A stretch of 64,000 nucleotides of DNA from a virus: positions 14,216-78,215 of the IMG/VR virus record IMGVR_UViG_3300048839_000424; one strand, given 5' to 3'. Below the pieces are notes generated by a model. That model ran no database searches. It saw only the letters and a list, made by a program, of their open reading frames with translations, and was not told where the DNA came from. Made by a program: the position numbers and the translations under genes. The first letter of the stretch is position 1. Each line of letters opens with the position of its first letter. Positions 1 through 10,083 of the stretch are shown in pieces.

Positions 1-2688
1 GGGAATACTATCCTGATCTCCTCGACGCAACCAGCGGCTATCGTCAGATCTAACGCCACCTTGTCGGGAGGATTGGACACACCGAACAAACCAACCCAGG
101 ATTCCGTCTATCGCAACGGAAACGTGTTGAGTTCATCTTCGGTTGCGCTACCGGATGACATTGAAGACCCTGACGTTGGCGTAGAAACTACAAAGCGGAT
201 TCAAGTTCAGTATCGGATTCGTACTACGACTTCGATAACAAATCTGAACTTTAAGACAGAGGCGGACGGGTTTTCCAACATCAACATTCTTGCTCAAGGG
301 CCGAACACAACTCCGATTGTGAACTACCCCTTTGTTCCAGCCGACCTTTCCAGTTTCCGCTTGAATTCAGACGCAAGGGAGAACACAGGATATGGGCTAC
401 TCGACAACGGGCTTTATATTGCGGGTAATGGGAGTTCGACTTCAGCTAGCGATCTCAACACTCTGGACGGGTTTATTTACGCGATTCCGATAGGGTTCGT
501 GTTCCGTCGCAATGACGCTTATAATGGTGGCGCAGGAACCGGCTTTGACCCGGAGAACAACACCAATGGAGGACTGACCTACAATCACGGTCCTTTTGCG
601 AACCCTTACGTCTATGGTCTAGTCAACCCTGGGTTTTCAGACAGACCGGATGGAGCTTTTGCAGACGCCATCAATGAGAACGATATTTTGGATCTTCGAC
701 GCACGGTGAAACCCAACGGGGTGGATCTAGCGGCGGAGCTTCAGTATCAGATTCAGGCCCTCCAGGACGGTAACTACCGAACATGGGCGATTGACACCGC
801 TTCCAAGCAACAGTTGGGGAACGGCTCAGGAGATGTGTCTCCTCGAAACCTCGTGTGCAACGAAGTCGGACGCCTTGCAGCACAAGGAGGAAACCCACCA
901 CTTTCGGGAACTACAACCCGTGGTGGAACGGTTCGAAACTTCGACCACTTCGCGCGTCGCTTTGGAGATCAGCCGGTAGTTGAGCGAGTTGTTCTGGAGT
1001 TCCGACCAACGGATACTATTGGAGCCAACCCTGGCAAGTATGTCAGCCGCCCTCTCTATGCTCTGGGGTTCAACGGTTGGGCAGAGGGGGACACACTGAC
1101 CCTGGATCTCTCAAATCTGAATGTGACCACCATTGGAGACTTCGATCCCGCTGGGGCTACGGTTCCAGTTGGATACTTCGACTTCTATGCTCCACCGGGA
1201 ACAATCATTACGGATGTGTTGAGCGCCTACCACGATGACGGGAATTTCAATGCCGCCGTGGACCAGAAGGTACAAATCGCTACCGTAGTTGGTATTGGTA
1301 CTACGGTCTTGCAGGTTGGTTTGGATGTCAATCCAAACCAGGTTACTGGTGGATTGCCTTTGCCAGCGCATGATATGGTAGGAACGTCGGGTACGGGAGA
1401 TGTTGGTTCTACACGTAGAATCTTCTTGGAGGTCGAGGTTACGTACCCACTTGGAGAGGGTTTGACGGATACTCCTGATTGGGAGATCGAGCCCGATGCT
1501 GCACCCTATCCATATGGCCCTATGTTGGAGAATGACGTGCCTTTTGGTAGTTCCCAAAGACCTACGGACATGGAACGTCCTTTGGCTCCTTCCTTCCGAC
1601 AGGGGTTCCGAGAGGTGATGACCGAGTATGTCGCCAACGACCCCACGGGCGGTGGAAACCCTGGAGTTCCGATTGGCACCTTGACCCCAGAGACGGTGGT
1701 TTCGATTGACCCTTTGACGGTGAGAGCACCCCGTCGAGTTTACGGGGACATGTCTACTACGGTGGCGATCACGGACCTGAACGATGCGTTGCCTCGTTCT
1801 ACGGATGACCCTAATACGGACTACGGGGCTTCGACACGGATTGTTCGGTTGGAGAACACTGGTATTGCCCCAGCGGTTCCTCTTTCTGGAGCGGGACAGA
1901 CCTTGGTGAATATCCAGTATTTCGCACAGGATGCGATTCCTAACTATGGAGCACCGGGTTTGGGGTATCAACAGTCGTTCTATTTCCGAACCAATGCACC
2001 GCAAACGGCGGGGGTTAAGGAGGGAACGATATCCGTGCCAGGAAACGCTGTGTTCCCATACACCGGGACGGACCCACTTCCAACACCATTGTTGGTGGAG
2101 CCTTTGTACGTGAGTGAGCAAGTATGGACGGGTCAAGTTGGGATGGGCAGTGTTGAGCTTCCGTTCCCTTACTTCGCACCCCTAGACCAGATTCCTGTCA
2201 ATGACGGAAGAACGGAGATTCCTCCAGCGCCTACGACTTTCCCAGGGGAATGGTACTTTGCTGCAACAGCGAATGTGTCTATTGCGGACTTCGACGCACA
2301 GGTGGGCACCTTGGCGTTGCAACAGTTGGTACCAGCGGACGGCTCGACCCTTTGGAACATCGGAGGGGTGTTGACCACGGAGGTGCCTTTCAAAGATACG
2401 GAGTTCCGAGTTGTGTTCCCCTTCATCAACCGCGATGATGCTCGACCTACGGCGATGGCACAACCGATGTCGAACGTGATTCGTCATAAGGTTTTTGTAC
2501 CTTGCCTTGTTCGAGCTTTGCAGGACTCGGCTTTGTTCCGAAAGGATGAGGTCTTGCTGGTTGTTCTGACTCGATGGGGTGAGTTGGATGATGAGAATGT
2601 CATCAAATTCACAGACTCGGGCAATCACTCAGGAGCAGCGGTGTTCCGAACCAAGAATCTACTACTAATCGCAGGAAACCGGGAGTAA
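1..2688 (+). CDS. Large virion structural protein (baseplate/tail-associated), 5'-truncated by the window
   Basis: Frame is open from base 1. Rich in G/P/T/N/D. Shares motifs TTKRIQVQYRIR, DGFIYAIPIGFVFRRN and RPDGAFAD..DILDLRR with the 10084..15759 protein. Confidence 0.6.
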   Translation, partial: GNTILISSTQPAAIVRSNATLSGGLDTPNKPTQDSVYRNGNVLSSSSVALPDDIEDPDVGVETTKRIQVQYRIRTTTSITNLNFKTEADGFSNINILAQGPNTTPIVNYPFVPADLSSFRLNSDARENTGYGLLDNGLYIAGNGSSTSASDLNTLDGFIYAIPIGFVFRRNDAYNGGAGTGFDPENNTNGGLTYNHGPFANPYVYGLVNPGFSDRPDGAFADAINENDILDLRRTVKPNGVDLAAELQYQIQALQDGNYRTWAIDTASKQQLGNGSGDVSPRNLVCNEVGRLAAQGGNPPLSGTTTRGGTVRNFDHFARRFGDQPVVERVVLEFRPTDTIGANPGKYVSRPLYALGFNGWAEGDTLTLDLSNLNVTTIGDFDPAGATVPVGYFDFYAPPGTIITDVLSAYHDDGNFNAAVDQKVQIATVVGIGTTVLQVGLDVNPNQVTGGLPLPAHDMVGTSGTGDVGSTRRIFLEVEVTYPLGEGLTDTPDWEIEPDAAPYPYGPMLENDVPFGSSQRPTDMERPLAPSFRQGFREVMTEYVANDPTGGGNPGVPIGTLTPETVVSIDPLTVRAPRRVYGDMSTTVAITDLNDALPRSTDDPNTDYGASTRIVRLENTGIAPAVPLSGAGQTLVNIQYFAQDAIPNYGAPGLGYQQSFYFRTNAPQTAGVKEGTISVPGNAVFPYTGTDPLPTPLLVEPLYVSEQVWTGQVGMGSVELPFPYFAPLDQIPVNDGRTEIPPAPTTFPGEWYFAATANVSIADFDAQVGTLALQQLVPADGSTLWNIGGVLTTEVPFKDTEFRVVFPFINRDDARPTAMAQPMSNVIRHKVFVPCLVRALQDSALFRKDEVLLVVLTRWGELDDENVIKFTDSGNHSGAAVFRTKNLLLIAGNRE

Positions 2689-2692
2689 ACGT

Positions 2693-5600
2693 ATGCCAAG
2701 AAAAATCAACCCCGGCATCATCAAGAACGGGTCAGGACTTGCAAATGTGGATAGCGTAGACGCCAGTGCGTTTACGGATTCCCTTGTATTGGGCCAACAA
2801 AGCGTCACCAAGGCGATTGCAGAGGGCGACCAAAAACTCGGGAATGCCTACCAGATTACGACGACGGGTACGTTCGGTCAGTACTTCACCCAGACCGTTC
2901 AAGGGAATCTTGACGAAATTGCCGCCCTCATCCCTCAAAAACCTCCCGCATTGGGGGAGTATTCCAACATCTTGAATTTCTCGGGTATTCCTGATTGGGG
3001 GTATCTGAAACTCAACGACGCAGGGTTGATTGCTCGGGGGTTGGTAATTCCTCCCGATGTAACGAACCCGAACTCGGATCGTGATATCTATCCGTACTAC
3101 TGGGTTCCCCCAGAGGTTGCGGATGACGACAACGGGACAAATCCGCTGCCATTCGTCCCCCAAGGAAATGATCCAGCAACGGACCCAGTGTTCAATGTCG
3201 CAGACGTATTTTACAGCGGAGGTGGGCCTGGGATTGCTCATGCTGGTGGATTCACTCGCTTTGGAGCGGTGATCGAGACGGCTCGTGTTATCCCTCCAAC
3301 TTCGTTCCCCAATGTTGTCATTTCAGGGGCTCTGTTCCCAGCGGATAGAGGTGTATTAGCTTTGATTCACTGGCCACCCGGAGCGGATAGGGCAGGCTTC
3401 CTCCTTCAAGCCATCGATCAACGATGCCCCGCAGCGATCTTGCTCGGACAGGGCATCAATGGTGCATCCCCTGATTCTTGTGGTGGAGGTGCTGGGGGTA
3501 TTTTCTCCGAGGGGGATATATATGAGTTCCCAGGGCGTGCGACCGGGCAGTTGGATTTGGTAGAAATTCACTCGGGATTTAACTTCCAGACGGGATCTCC
3601 GTTACCAGCCGGACCATTACCAGCAGCAGGTAAGGTGAGACTCGGTACAGATCCAAGTGCTGGTCCTGTGGTTCCAGGAGGTATTCCTATCTTGGGTGGT
3701 ACGTCGATTGCGGATGGTGGTGGAGATGACAATAACTTCTTCAGGTACCGACTTCCTTACTTAGAGGACTACTCAACCACAACAGGAATTAAGTACACCC
3801 CAACGGTGGAAAAACCTCGTTATTTCACGAAGCCTGTCATTTCATTGGACCCCCTTGTAGATCTGACACAGGCAGGTAACTACGACAACTTCGGGACGGA
3901 CTATTGGACCTACCAAGTCGCTCGATACCGTCATCGCTTTGAGTTCATCACCGCATGTGGATGTCCACCGGGCGTTCTTGTGGATGACGGAACGTACATT
4001 TTACTGCATTTCAAGTCCGAGAGAAACTTCGAGGCTTTCGTCCGAGACGGTATCTTCCCTGATGACCCTACAGACGGGTATGAGCTTTGGGGAGCCGGGT
4101 TGGTGGACTATGCAAACCCAGAGAGCCCTGACAATTTGACCCAGGGCGGTCTCCCAGCGGATTTAGACATCCCCGCTTCTACAGCGTACCACACGATTCG
4201 AAGCGCAGTCGCACAGGACTTGGACATCGTAGACCTGAGCGCGGTCGATGCTACTTACAACTTCACAAACACTGTAGACAGCGTAATGTCCGTATCCGGT
4301 GTCCAATACTTCGTCAGCAACAATACGGCTCCAGGAGATGGATTCCAGATCAATGATGTGAACCTATTGGTAGATCGAATCTATCGAAACAGCTATCTAT
4401 TGGGTCAGTCCTCGGTAGCCTCGGATATCACCCCCGGTCTTCGACATCGCCAACCGTTGTTCATGTACGTCGGTGGGTTCACCTCGACGAATCTCATGAA
4501 TCTTCCAGGGATCCCAACCTTTGCTGGTGTTCCTTTGCCACAGAGAATTGAGTTCAACTATGTGGAGATCGGAAACCCAAGCGGACCTTACAGCTTGGTT
4601 GCAGGTCCAGCCGTGGGCGACCAGGCTTCGCTAGTTCTGACCCCTGTAGATCCACCTCTGTTCTTCTTCGGTGATGATATCACTTGTCACTTCTGGAAAG
4701 ATGCTCGGGTACGAGCTTTCGGACGACGACCCAAGGACCATGAGACGATCGCTGGTTCCGCCATCGAAATGCTGTTTGACCGACCCGGTGGAGACCGATT
4801 ACTCTTTCACACGACCTCACAAGGACCGAACTATGTGAGCTTGGGTGAATATGGGAACTTCACCGTAGCCCCTAACAACTTCCCGCGTGCTGGGTTGGAA
4901 ACGGCTCGGAAAGACACGGAGGAGCTTTTCCTCGATGAAGTTTACCGATGGTTCATTGAAGGCATCCCTCTTGCCGAAGGCCCATTCGACGGAATACGAG
5001 GTAATATCACCGGACCCGGCTTGCCTTTCGTGACCGGGAAGATCGAAGTCCCTGTTCGAGTGGGATCGAGTAACCCCGTGACCTTTGGTCAAGCGAGCTT
5101 CTTGCAACAAAACAAGCATTTAGTGGATCTTGCCACCGATTTAACCGTGAACCGTGAACTTCAAGTAGGGGGTTTCCCCGACAAGAACCCACCCTTGTCA
5201 GAGGGCGTGACCGGACCTGTTCCACAGACGGGTCTCCTGCAATATCCTAAGCTGAATTTTACGACCGGATACCGTCCAAGTTTCCTTGCGGGAGATATTA
5301 CGAATCCTCAGTTTGATTACACGACAGCAACGGGTGACAGGAGCTACGTTCGAGTTTTTGACGTAGGCTTCAAGAATGCGGCACCTGAAGATCAAACCCC
5401 TGAAGCTGAAGGACAACCCTTCACCAAGCTGTTTATTCGAGGGTTGACGCTTGGGGACATCGTGTACTTCCCCGGTCTTGGACCTGGAAATGCGGCTATC
5501 TCGATTGAGGTAAAAGTCCCAGGGTTGACTTCGTGGATGGACATAGGTCGTCGAGATGGAGACGGTCCAAGCAAGCAAGATCCTTGGATGGATGGCGCGG

Positions 5601-5902
5601 GTTGTCAGGTTGTCGGAGCGGAAACTTTCGATGCAGTCAATCCGACTACTGGGGAACTCGGTTGCCAAGTGAAAATCAATGTTGGCCCCGTGGCGACGTT
5701 CTTCAAGAACCTAGACCCTTCGATTGAGCAAGACATCATTCCTTTGATGGTCAAGGTGACTATTAAAGACACCCCTGAAGGTCGAGCTTTGGATTGGACA
5801 CAGGGGACTGTGAACACTCAAACCTCTGGATGCCGAGGGCTCGTTGCTATCGGTATTGTTCCCAAGAACGGGTCAGTTCTAAACCCAATTCCTATCGCGT
5901 GA
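2693..5902 (+). CDS. Large putative virion structural protein
   Basis: 1069-aa ORF with G/P-rich, beta-type composition in a tight operon of giant ORFs. Confidence 0.5.
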   Translation: MPRKINPGIIKNGSGLANVDSVDASAFTDSLVLGQQSVTKAIAEGDQKLGNAYQITTTGTFGQYFTQTVQGNLDEIAALIPQKPPALGEYSNILNFSGIPDWGYLKLNDAGLIARGLVIPPDVTNPNSDRDIYPYYWVPPEVADDDNGTNPLPFVPQGNDPATDPVFNVADVFYSGGGPGIAHAGGFTRFGAVIETARVIPPTSFPNVVISGALFPADRGVLALIHWPPGADRAGFLLQAIDQRCPAAILLGQGINGASPDSCGGGAGGIFSEGDIYEFPGRATGQLDLVEIHSGFNFQTGSPLPAGPLPAAGKVRLGTDPSAGPVVPGGIPILGGTSIADGGGDDNNFFRYRLPYLEDYSTTTGIKYTPTVEKPRYFTKPVISLDPLVDLTQAGNYDNFGTDYWTYQVARYRHRFEFITACGCPPGVLVDDGTYILLHFKSERNFEAFVRDGIFPDDPTDGYELWGAGLVDYANPESPDNLTQGGLPADLDIPASTAYHTIRSAVAQDLDIVDLSAVDATYNFTNTVDSVMSVSGVQYFVSNNTAPGDGFQINDVNLLVDRIYRNSYLLGQSSVASDITPGLRHRQPLFMYVGGFTSTNLMNLPGIPTFAGVPLPQRIEFNYVEIGNPSGPYSLVAGPAVGDQASLVLTPVDPPLFFFGDDITCHFWKDARVRAFGRRPKDHETIAGSAIEMLFDRPGGDRLLFHTTSQGPNYVSLGEYGNFTVAPNNFPRAGLETARKDTEELFLDEVYRWFIEGIPLAEGPFDGIRGNITGPGLPFVTGKIEVPVRVGSSNPVTFGQASFLQQNKHLVDLATDLTVNRELQVGGFPDKNPPLSEGVTGPVPQTGLLQYPKLNFTTGYRPSFLAGDITNPQFDYTTATGDRSYVRVFDVGFKNAAPEDQTPEAEGQPFTKLFIRGLTLGDIVYFPGLGPGNAAISIEVKVPGLTSWMDIGRRDGDGPSKQDPWMDGAGCQVVGAETFDAVNPTTGELGCQVKINVGPVATFFKNLDPSIEQDIIPLMVKVTIKDTPEGRALDWTQGTVNTQTSGCRGLVAIGIVPKNGSVLNPIPIA

Positions 5903-5906
5903 TATC

Positions 5907-8900
5907 ATGCCTACCTTTACTGACCAAGATAAAGCCATCCTAGACATCTTACGTAAGGTATACGAGAAATCGGCCTATACGGAGGCGTCTCGGGATCCGT
6001 GGCAGGAGTTGTTCACCCGTGAGACCTCCCATTACGCAGCCAAGTCCGTATTGGCCGCCAGCATGGTCAAGGGTTTTACAGGGTCATGGGCGGCTTCGTT
6101 TAACTTCGGTTATGGGGCATCGGACATTTTCCTCTTTGATTCCTTCACGGAAACGAATCAGGATCTCAATGGGGCGACGCCTACACCCATTCGTGAAGTC
6201 ACGTCCAAGTTGGGACAAAGAGGTGTTCCTGACATTGACTTCGTTCCCTACAACTGGAGAACCAATCGGTTTGGAAGCAAAGGCCCTTCACTTATCGGCC
6301 ATCCGATTTCTTTCGAGGTAGTTGGCCCCACACTTAAATCTCCTGCATGTGATTGGGTCTGGGATTTCGTTCCCGGTGGTGGTCCAAACGGTGGAGACCT
6401 GTTAACGATGGCGGAACGGTATGACGGTGGTGTCCCTACTTGTACAACCATCGCAAGCGCCTACAACTTGCCTACCTTCACCATTGGGAACTCCAGCGAA
6501 CCCAATGGAGGATTGTATGTGGTAATCTCAGATGTGGGTGCGGACCCAGGGTCGATGCCTCCCGGCAAAGGAGAGGAGATTCAAGACCGATACATCGAGA
6601 CACTTCCATATGAGCTTTTTCGAGTTGCTTCGGTGGGTGCCAACTTCATCGAGCTTCATCCTTCCAAGCCATTGGCTCCTTTTTTGACCTCCCCCTTTCC
6701 AACCCCTGCGATTCGAGCCATCACGCTCTTGCAGCCCTTCGTGACGAAGCTAGTGGCGGTACCGAACTCGGGAGCGGGGAAGGGTCGTGAGCAAACCTTC
6801 ATCGTTGTGACCCCCGAGAGAGCGGCACAGAGCGATTTGTACCCTCCCTATGACGGTGGCAATCCTGGAGATGGGACTTGGCTTCAGGGCGGATTCACGG
6901 GTGCAACAGTCGTTGCGGGTAGCCCTTCGGCTTACGGCGGGAGAAACATTCTTCCAGTGCCCGTTCCTAGAGATGAGCGAAACGGTGAGCTAGACAGAGA
7001 TTTGGTTCCAACCTATCTCCCAGTGGGTCGATTCCGAATGCAAAATACCGCTGCTTTCGCTTCGGACGTAGGGGATATTATCAACGTCTACGACATCGCC
7101 AACGGAAACAGAGCACCGACGACTTTCTCATCGGACTCCGTTCTCGGGTGGTTTCAAATCGTAGACCAACCCAGCCCTGGGTATCTTGAACTCCAGCGAA
7201 CGGTAGAGATCGATCCCACCTCTGGGAACACCTATTTCGGTCCCGGACCTTTGTTGACCGCAGCGGACAATGCACAGTCGTATCTCTCGTACACGGTGCA
7301 TGACCCTGTGTCCGTGCTTTGGGAGGGGAACTTCAAAGCCGACTACGTAGATTCCTGTCGTTTGACGAATCTGATTGATCCTCGTTATGTAGAGCGGCTG
7401 GAGAAAACGATTTCACAGCCGTCAGCGGGTGGAGACCCACAGTATGCTCCTCCAGGAGCGAACGGAGGGCGAAGTGACCGTGCTATTTTCAACACGGCGA
7501 CCTTACCGAATCTCTCGGGTATCCGCTATGCGGACAACCCAGGAAGCCTTCTAGACCTTGGATTCCGAATGGTCCTTTTTCCCGCCAAGGATGGCGGAGG
7601 GTTCCCGATTCCTGACTTTGATCGCCCTATCTATAGCCGGGAAGCCATCATTGACGGTGGGTTAGATCCTAGCATCAAGCAGTACATCGACATTGACTAC
7701 TCGGCGGGCATTGTGCGGTTGAGCGTTCCTCCTCCGACCTTGGGACGAGGTGGGTTACCCTCCGTAGCAACGGACATTATTCCGAACGGTATCATTGGCC
7801 CCGCTCAAAATGAGCGAGGGGAAGTCATCTTGTATGCCGCTTGTGTTCCGTTCTCTATGGAACCCGGTCAGATCGGTACCGGAACTCGTGTCACTGGGAA
7901 GAAAATCGGTTCAACGCACGACGTAGATGTTCTCTCGGATGAGATCGCAGCGTATGTAAATACAGTAGCAACACCGATTACCCCAGGACTTCCGGGGTTC
8001 ACAAACATTGTTCTTGATCGCAAATGGGATGGCCCCAAGACGGGTGTGGTGGAAATCCGTGCTGGAAGTTCTGACACCGTTTCTTATGGTATCTGGCAAT
8101 ACAATGACGTACAGGATACGACTATTGTGCCTTTTGGTGGTATTGAGTTCACATTTAGCACTTTAATTGGAGTTCAGGCAAGACCCTCGAACAGCCCTCC
8201 TTTGGTCCCATTGAGTCCGAACAGTTCGTACTATGTGGTTTTGCGTCGTCAAGCGGCGACGGGCCAACTGGCGTTAGATCCGGGCGAGCTTTACGAAATT
8301 GGTCAAATCGACACTTCGTATGGAGCTTCGGCTCGTCCCTCAGCGATGAGGTTCAACGGAGCGGACGTTGAATATTTGCTAGATGGTTCCGTGGAAATCA
8401 CTCCTCAAGTGGACCCACAGAGATGGCAGGCATGGGGTACGGTTCACCCTTCGTTGCGCACTCGTGTGTACAACGATGGTGGGGTGCCTAACCATGTTTC
8501 TACGTTTGTACGACCGGACGGATTGTTCAGCGATGCTGCTTTCTTCAATGAACATGGTCAGGTTACAACTCCAGGCCCTCTGCTTACGGTGCCTACGGAT
8601 TATTTCCAACAGACGTTAGACACTTGCAGAAGTCAGTCAGACCCGGAGGGCCAGTATCTTCAGTTTACTCTTGCCAACCCTGGTGACATCCGGGCGATGG
8701 CATTCTTTAAACCTCTGGTTCGTACAAGTCACAAGTTCCGTTTTGTGAGCAAGTTCTCCTTCATTGCGAATGACCCGCTGGGGGACTTCGTGATGTACCA
8801 GGGATTCCTGAACCCAGGGGTATTTACGAACATTGCCAATGTGGCGTTAGCCAACCCTGGTCTTTTTGCAACGAACCCCTTCTTGGGACTTCGATTCCAG

Positions 8901-9260
8901 GGAGACCCCCAGGATTTGACCACCCCTTGGGAGATTATTATTTCCGATGGGGCGGGCTTTGTGTTGCAGGAACCCACGATTAGGTTGAATCCTCTCCTGT
9001 CGCATTATCTTGTCATTGAGACGGAGGCTGATGGGTTTGGTAGTCCCCTTCCAAATCGAATCAAGTTCGCCATTTTTGATGTTAACTTGAGGCTCCAGTA
9101 CAAGCGAGTATTTAAGCCCGGTGAGTTCACCCTGCCTTCCGATCAGATTATGTACCCCTTCTTCGGTATCCGAGGAATCGTGGTTCCGGCAAGAACGGAG
9201 TTTAATTCCTACTACATGACCTATGTGACACGCAAGGGTGAACCTGGACCCCGCTTCTAG
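5907..9260 (+). CDS. Large putative virion structural protein
   Basis: 1117-aa ORF; IDIDYSAGIVRL resembles the 'IDY..G.I' motif of phage tail/baseplate proteins; operon context. Confidence 0.5.
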   Translation: MPTFTDQDKAILDILRKVYEKSAYTEASRDPWQELFTRETSHYAAKSVLAASMVKGFTGSWAASFNFGYGASDIFLFDSFTETNQDLNGATPTPIREVTSKLGQRGVPDIDFVPYNWRTNRFGSKGPSLIGHPISFEVVGPTLKSPACDWVWDFVPGGGPNGGDLLTMAERYDGGVPTCTTIASAYNLPTFTIGNSSEPNGGLYVVISDVGADPGSMPPGKGEEIQDRYIETLPYELFRVASVGANFIELHPSKPLAPFLTSPFPTPAIRAITLLQPFVTKLVAVPNSGAGKGREQTFIVVTPERAAQSDLYPPYDGGNPGDGTWLQGGFTGATVVAGSPSAYGGRNILPVPVPRDERNGELDRDLVPTYLPVGRFRMQNTAAFASDVGDIINVYDIANGNRAPTTFSSDSVLGWFQIVDQPSPGYLELQRTVEIDPTSGNTYFGPGPLLTAADNAQSYLSYTVHDPVSVLWEGNFKADYVDSCRLTNLIDPRYVERLEKTISQPSAGGDPQYAPPGANGGRSDRAIFNTATLPNLSGIRYADNPGSLLDLGFRMVLFPAKDGGGFPIPDFDRPIYSREAIIDGGLDPSIKQYIDIDYSAGIVRLSVPPPTLGRGGLPSVATDIIPNGIIGPAQNERGEVILYAACVPFSMEPGQIGTGTRVTGKKIGSTHDVDVLSDEIAAYVNTVATPITPGLPGFTNIVLDRKWDGPKTGVVEIRAGSSDTVSYGIWQYNDVQDTTIVPFGGIEFTFSTLIGVQARPSNSPPLVPLSPNSSYYVVLRRQAATGQLALDPGELYEIGQIDTSYGASARPSAMRFNGADVEYLLDGSVEITPQVDPQRWQAWGTVHPSLRTRVYNDGGVPNHVSTFVRPDGLFSDAAFFNEHGQVTTPGPLLTVPTDYFQQTLDTCRSQSDPEGQYLQFTLANPGDIRAMAFFKPLVRTSHKFRFVSKFSFIANDPLGDFVMYQGFLNPGVFTNIANVALANPGLFATNPFLGLRFQGDPQDLTTPWEIIISDGAGFVLQEPTIRLNPLLSHYLVIETEADGFGSPLPNRIKFAIFDVNLRLQYKRVFKPGEFTLPSDQIMYPFFGIRGIVVPARTEFNSYYMTYVTRKGEPGPRF

Positions 9261-9293
9261 GTATTATGACTATATCTAGAGGCTGTTAGAACC

Positions 9294-10070
9294 GTGCGTA
9301 TTTTGGCGGATATCTCATCGAATGCAATCCTTCAGGTGGAGAAAAACTCCCCGCTTGGGACGCCTATTTCTCACAATGGGAGGTACAGCATTCCTGTGCC
9401 GGAGGGAGTGTCCGTTAAAGTTCGACCGGGAAGCATTGTGCTTCCAAGCTCGTCTCCCAATTCGGTTGTTCAACAGGGGTATGCGGGATTACTCGCTCAA
9501 ATGCCCTACTTTGAACATGTTCTGTTCAATCCTCTGATTGAGGCCACGGACATGGATGACCTGGACTTCTCTGGGATACTCAATGAGGGTTCTCCAGCGG
9601 TTCCTTATGGCCCACGGTTTCAAGTCGGACGAGGTACGGGAGGCCCGTTGCCAGCGGGTCATGCCCCCAACTCGGTAGCCATTTTAGAGCAAAACAATAC
9701 GGTCGCACCTCCGAAACCCGGAGTTCTAGTCACGGACACGATTGATTTGAGTGTGCTGACAGGAGGGGCTGGAGCGGCTGATTTTGCGGTCTATTGGTAC
9801 GTGTACGAGTTCGACACGACAGTAGATGTCAGGTCCACGGTTGGTACTTTTGCGAACCAGAACAATCCTTCGATTCGTCAGTTGATTGAAACAGACCAAG
9901 AGGCATCAGACTTCGAGGTGTTTATTTCGGTCAACGGCGGAGCCAACTTTTTCCCAGTGGAACGTCTCGTTCCCATTTCTTTCTGTTCCCCCACGAATGC
10001 GGTGAAACTAGCATTCAAAAACACGGGTAGTGTCAAGAAGTATCTTGCTACCTACGCAGTATTATTCTGA
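9294..10070 (+). CDS. Putative virion protein
   Basis: 258-aa ORF with GTG start, lying between structural genes. Confidence 0.45.
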   Translation: MRILADISSNAILQVEKNSPLGTPISHNGRYSIPVPEGVSVKVRPGSIVLPSSSPNSVVQQGYAGLLAQMPYFEHVLFNPLIEATDMDDLDFSGILNEGSPAVPYGPRFQVGRGTGGPLPAGHAPNSVAILEQNNTVAPPKPGVLVTDTIDLSVLTGGAGAADFAVYWYVYEFDTTVDVRSTVGTFANQNNPSIRQLIETDQEASDFEVFISVNGGANFFPVERLVPISFCSPTNAVKLAFKNTGSVKKYLATYAVLF

Positions 10071-10083
10071 GAGGATTTGAGCT

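Noticed and set aside
9261-9293. Possible late-promoter motif (CTATA..TAG; similar stretches near 49185 and 52120)
   Set aside because: Too few and too degenerate instances to support a consensus.
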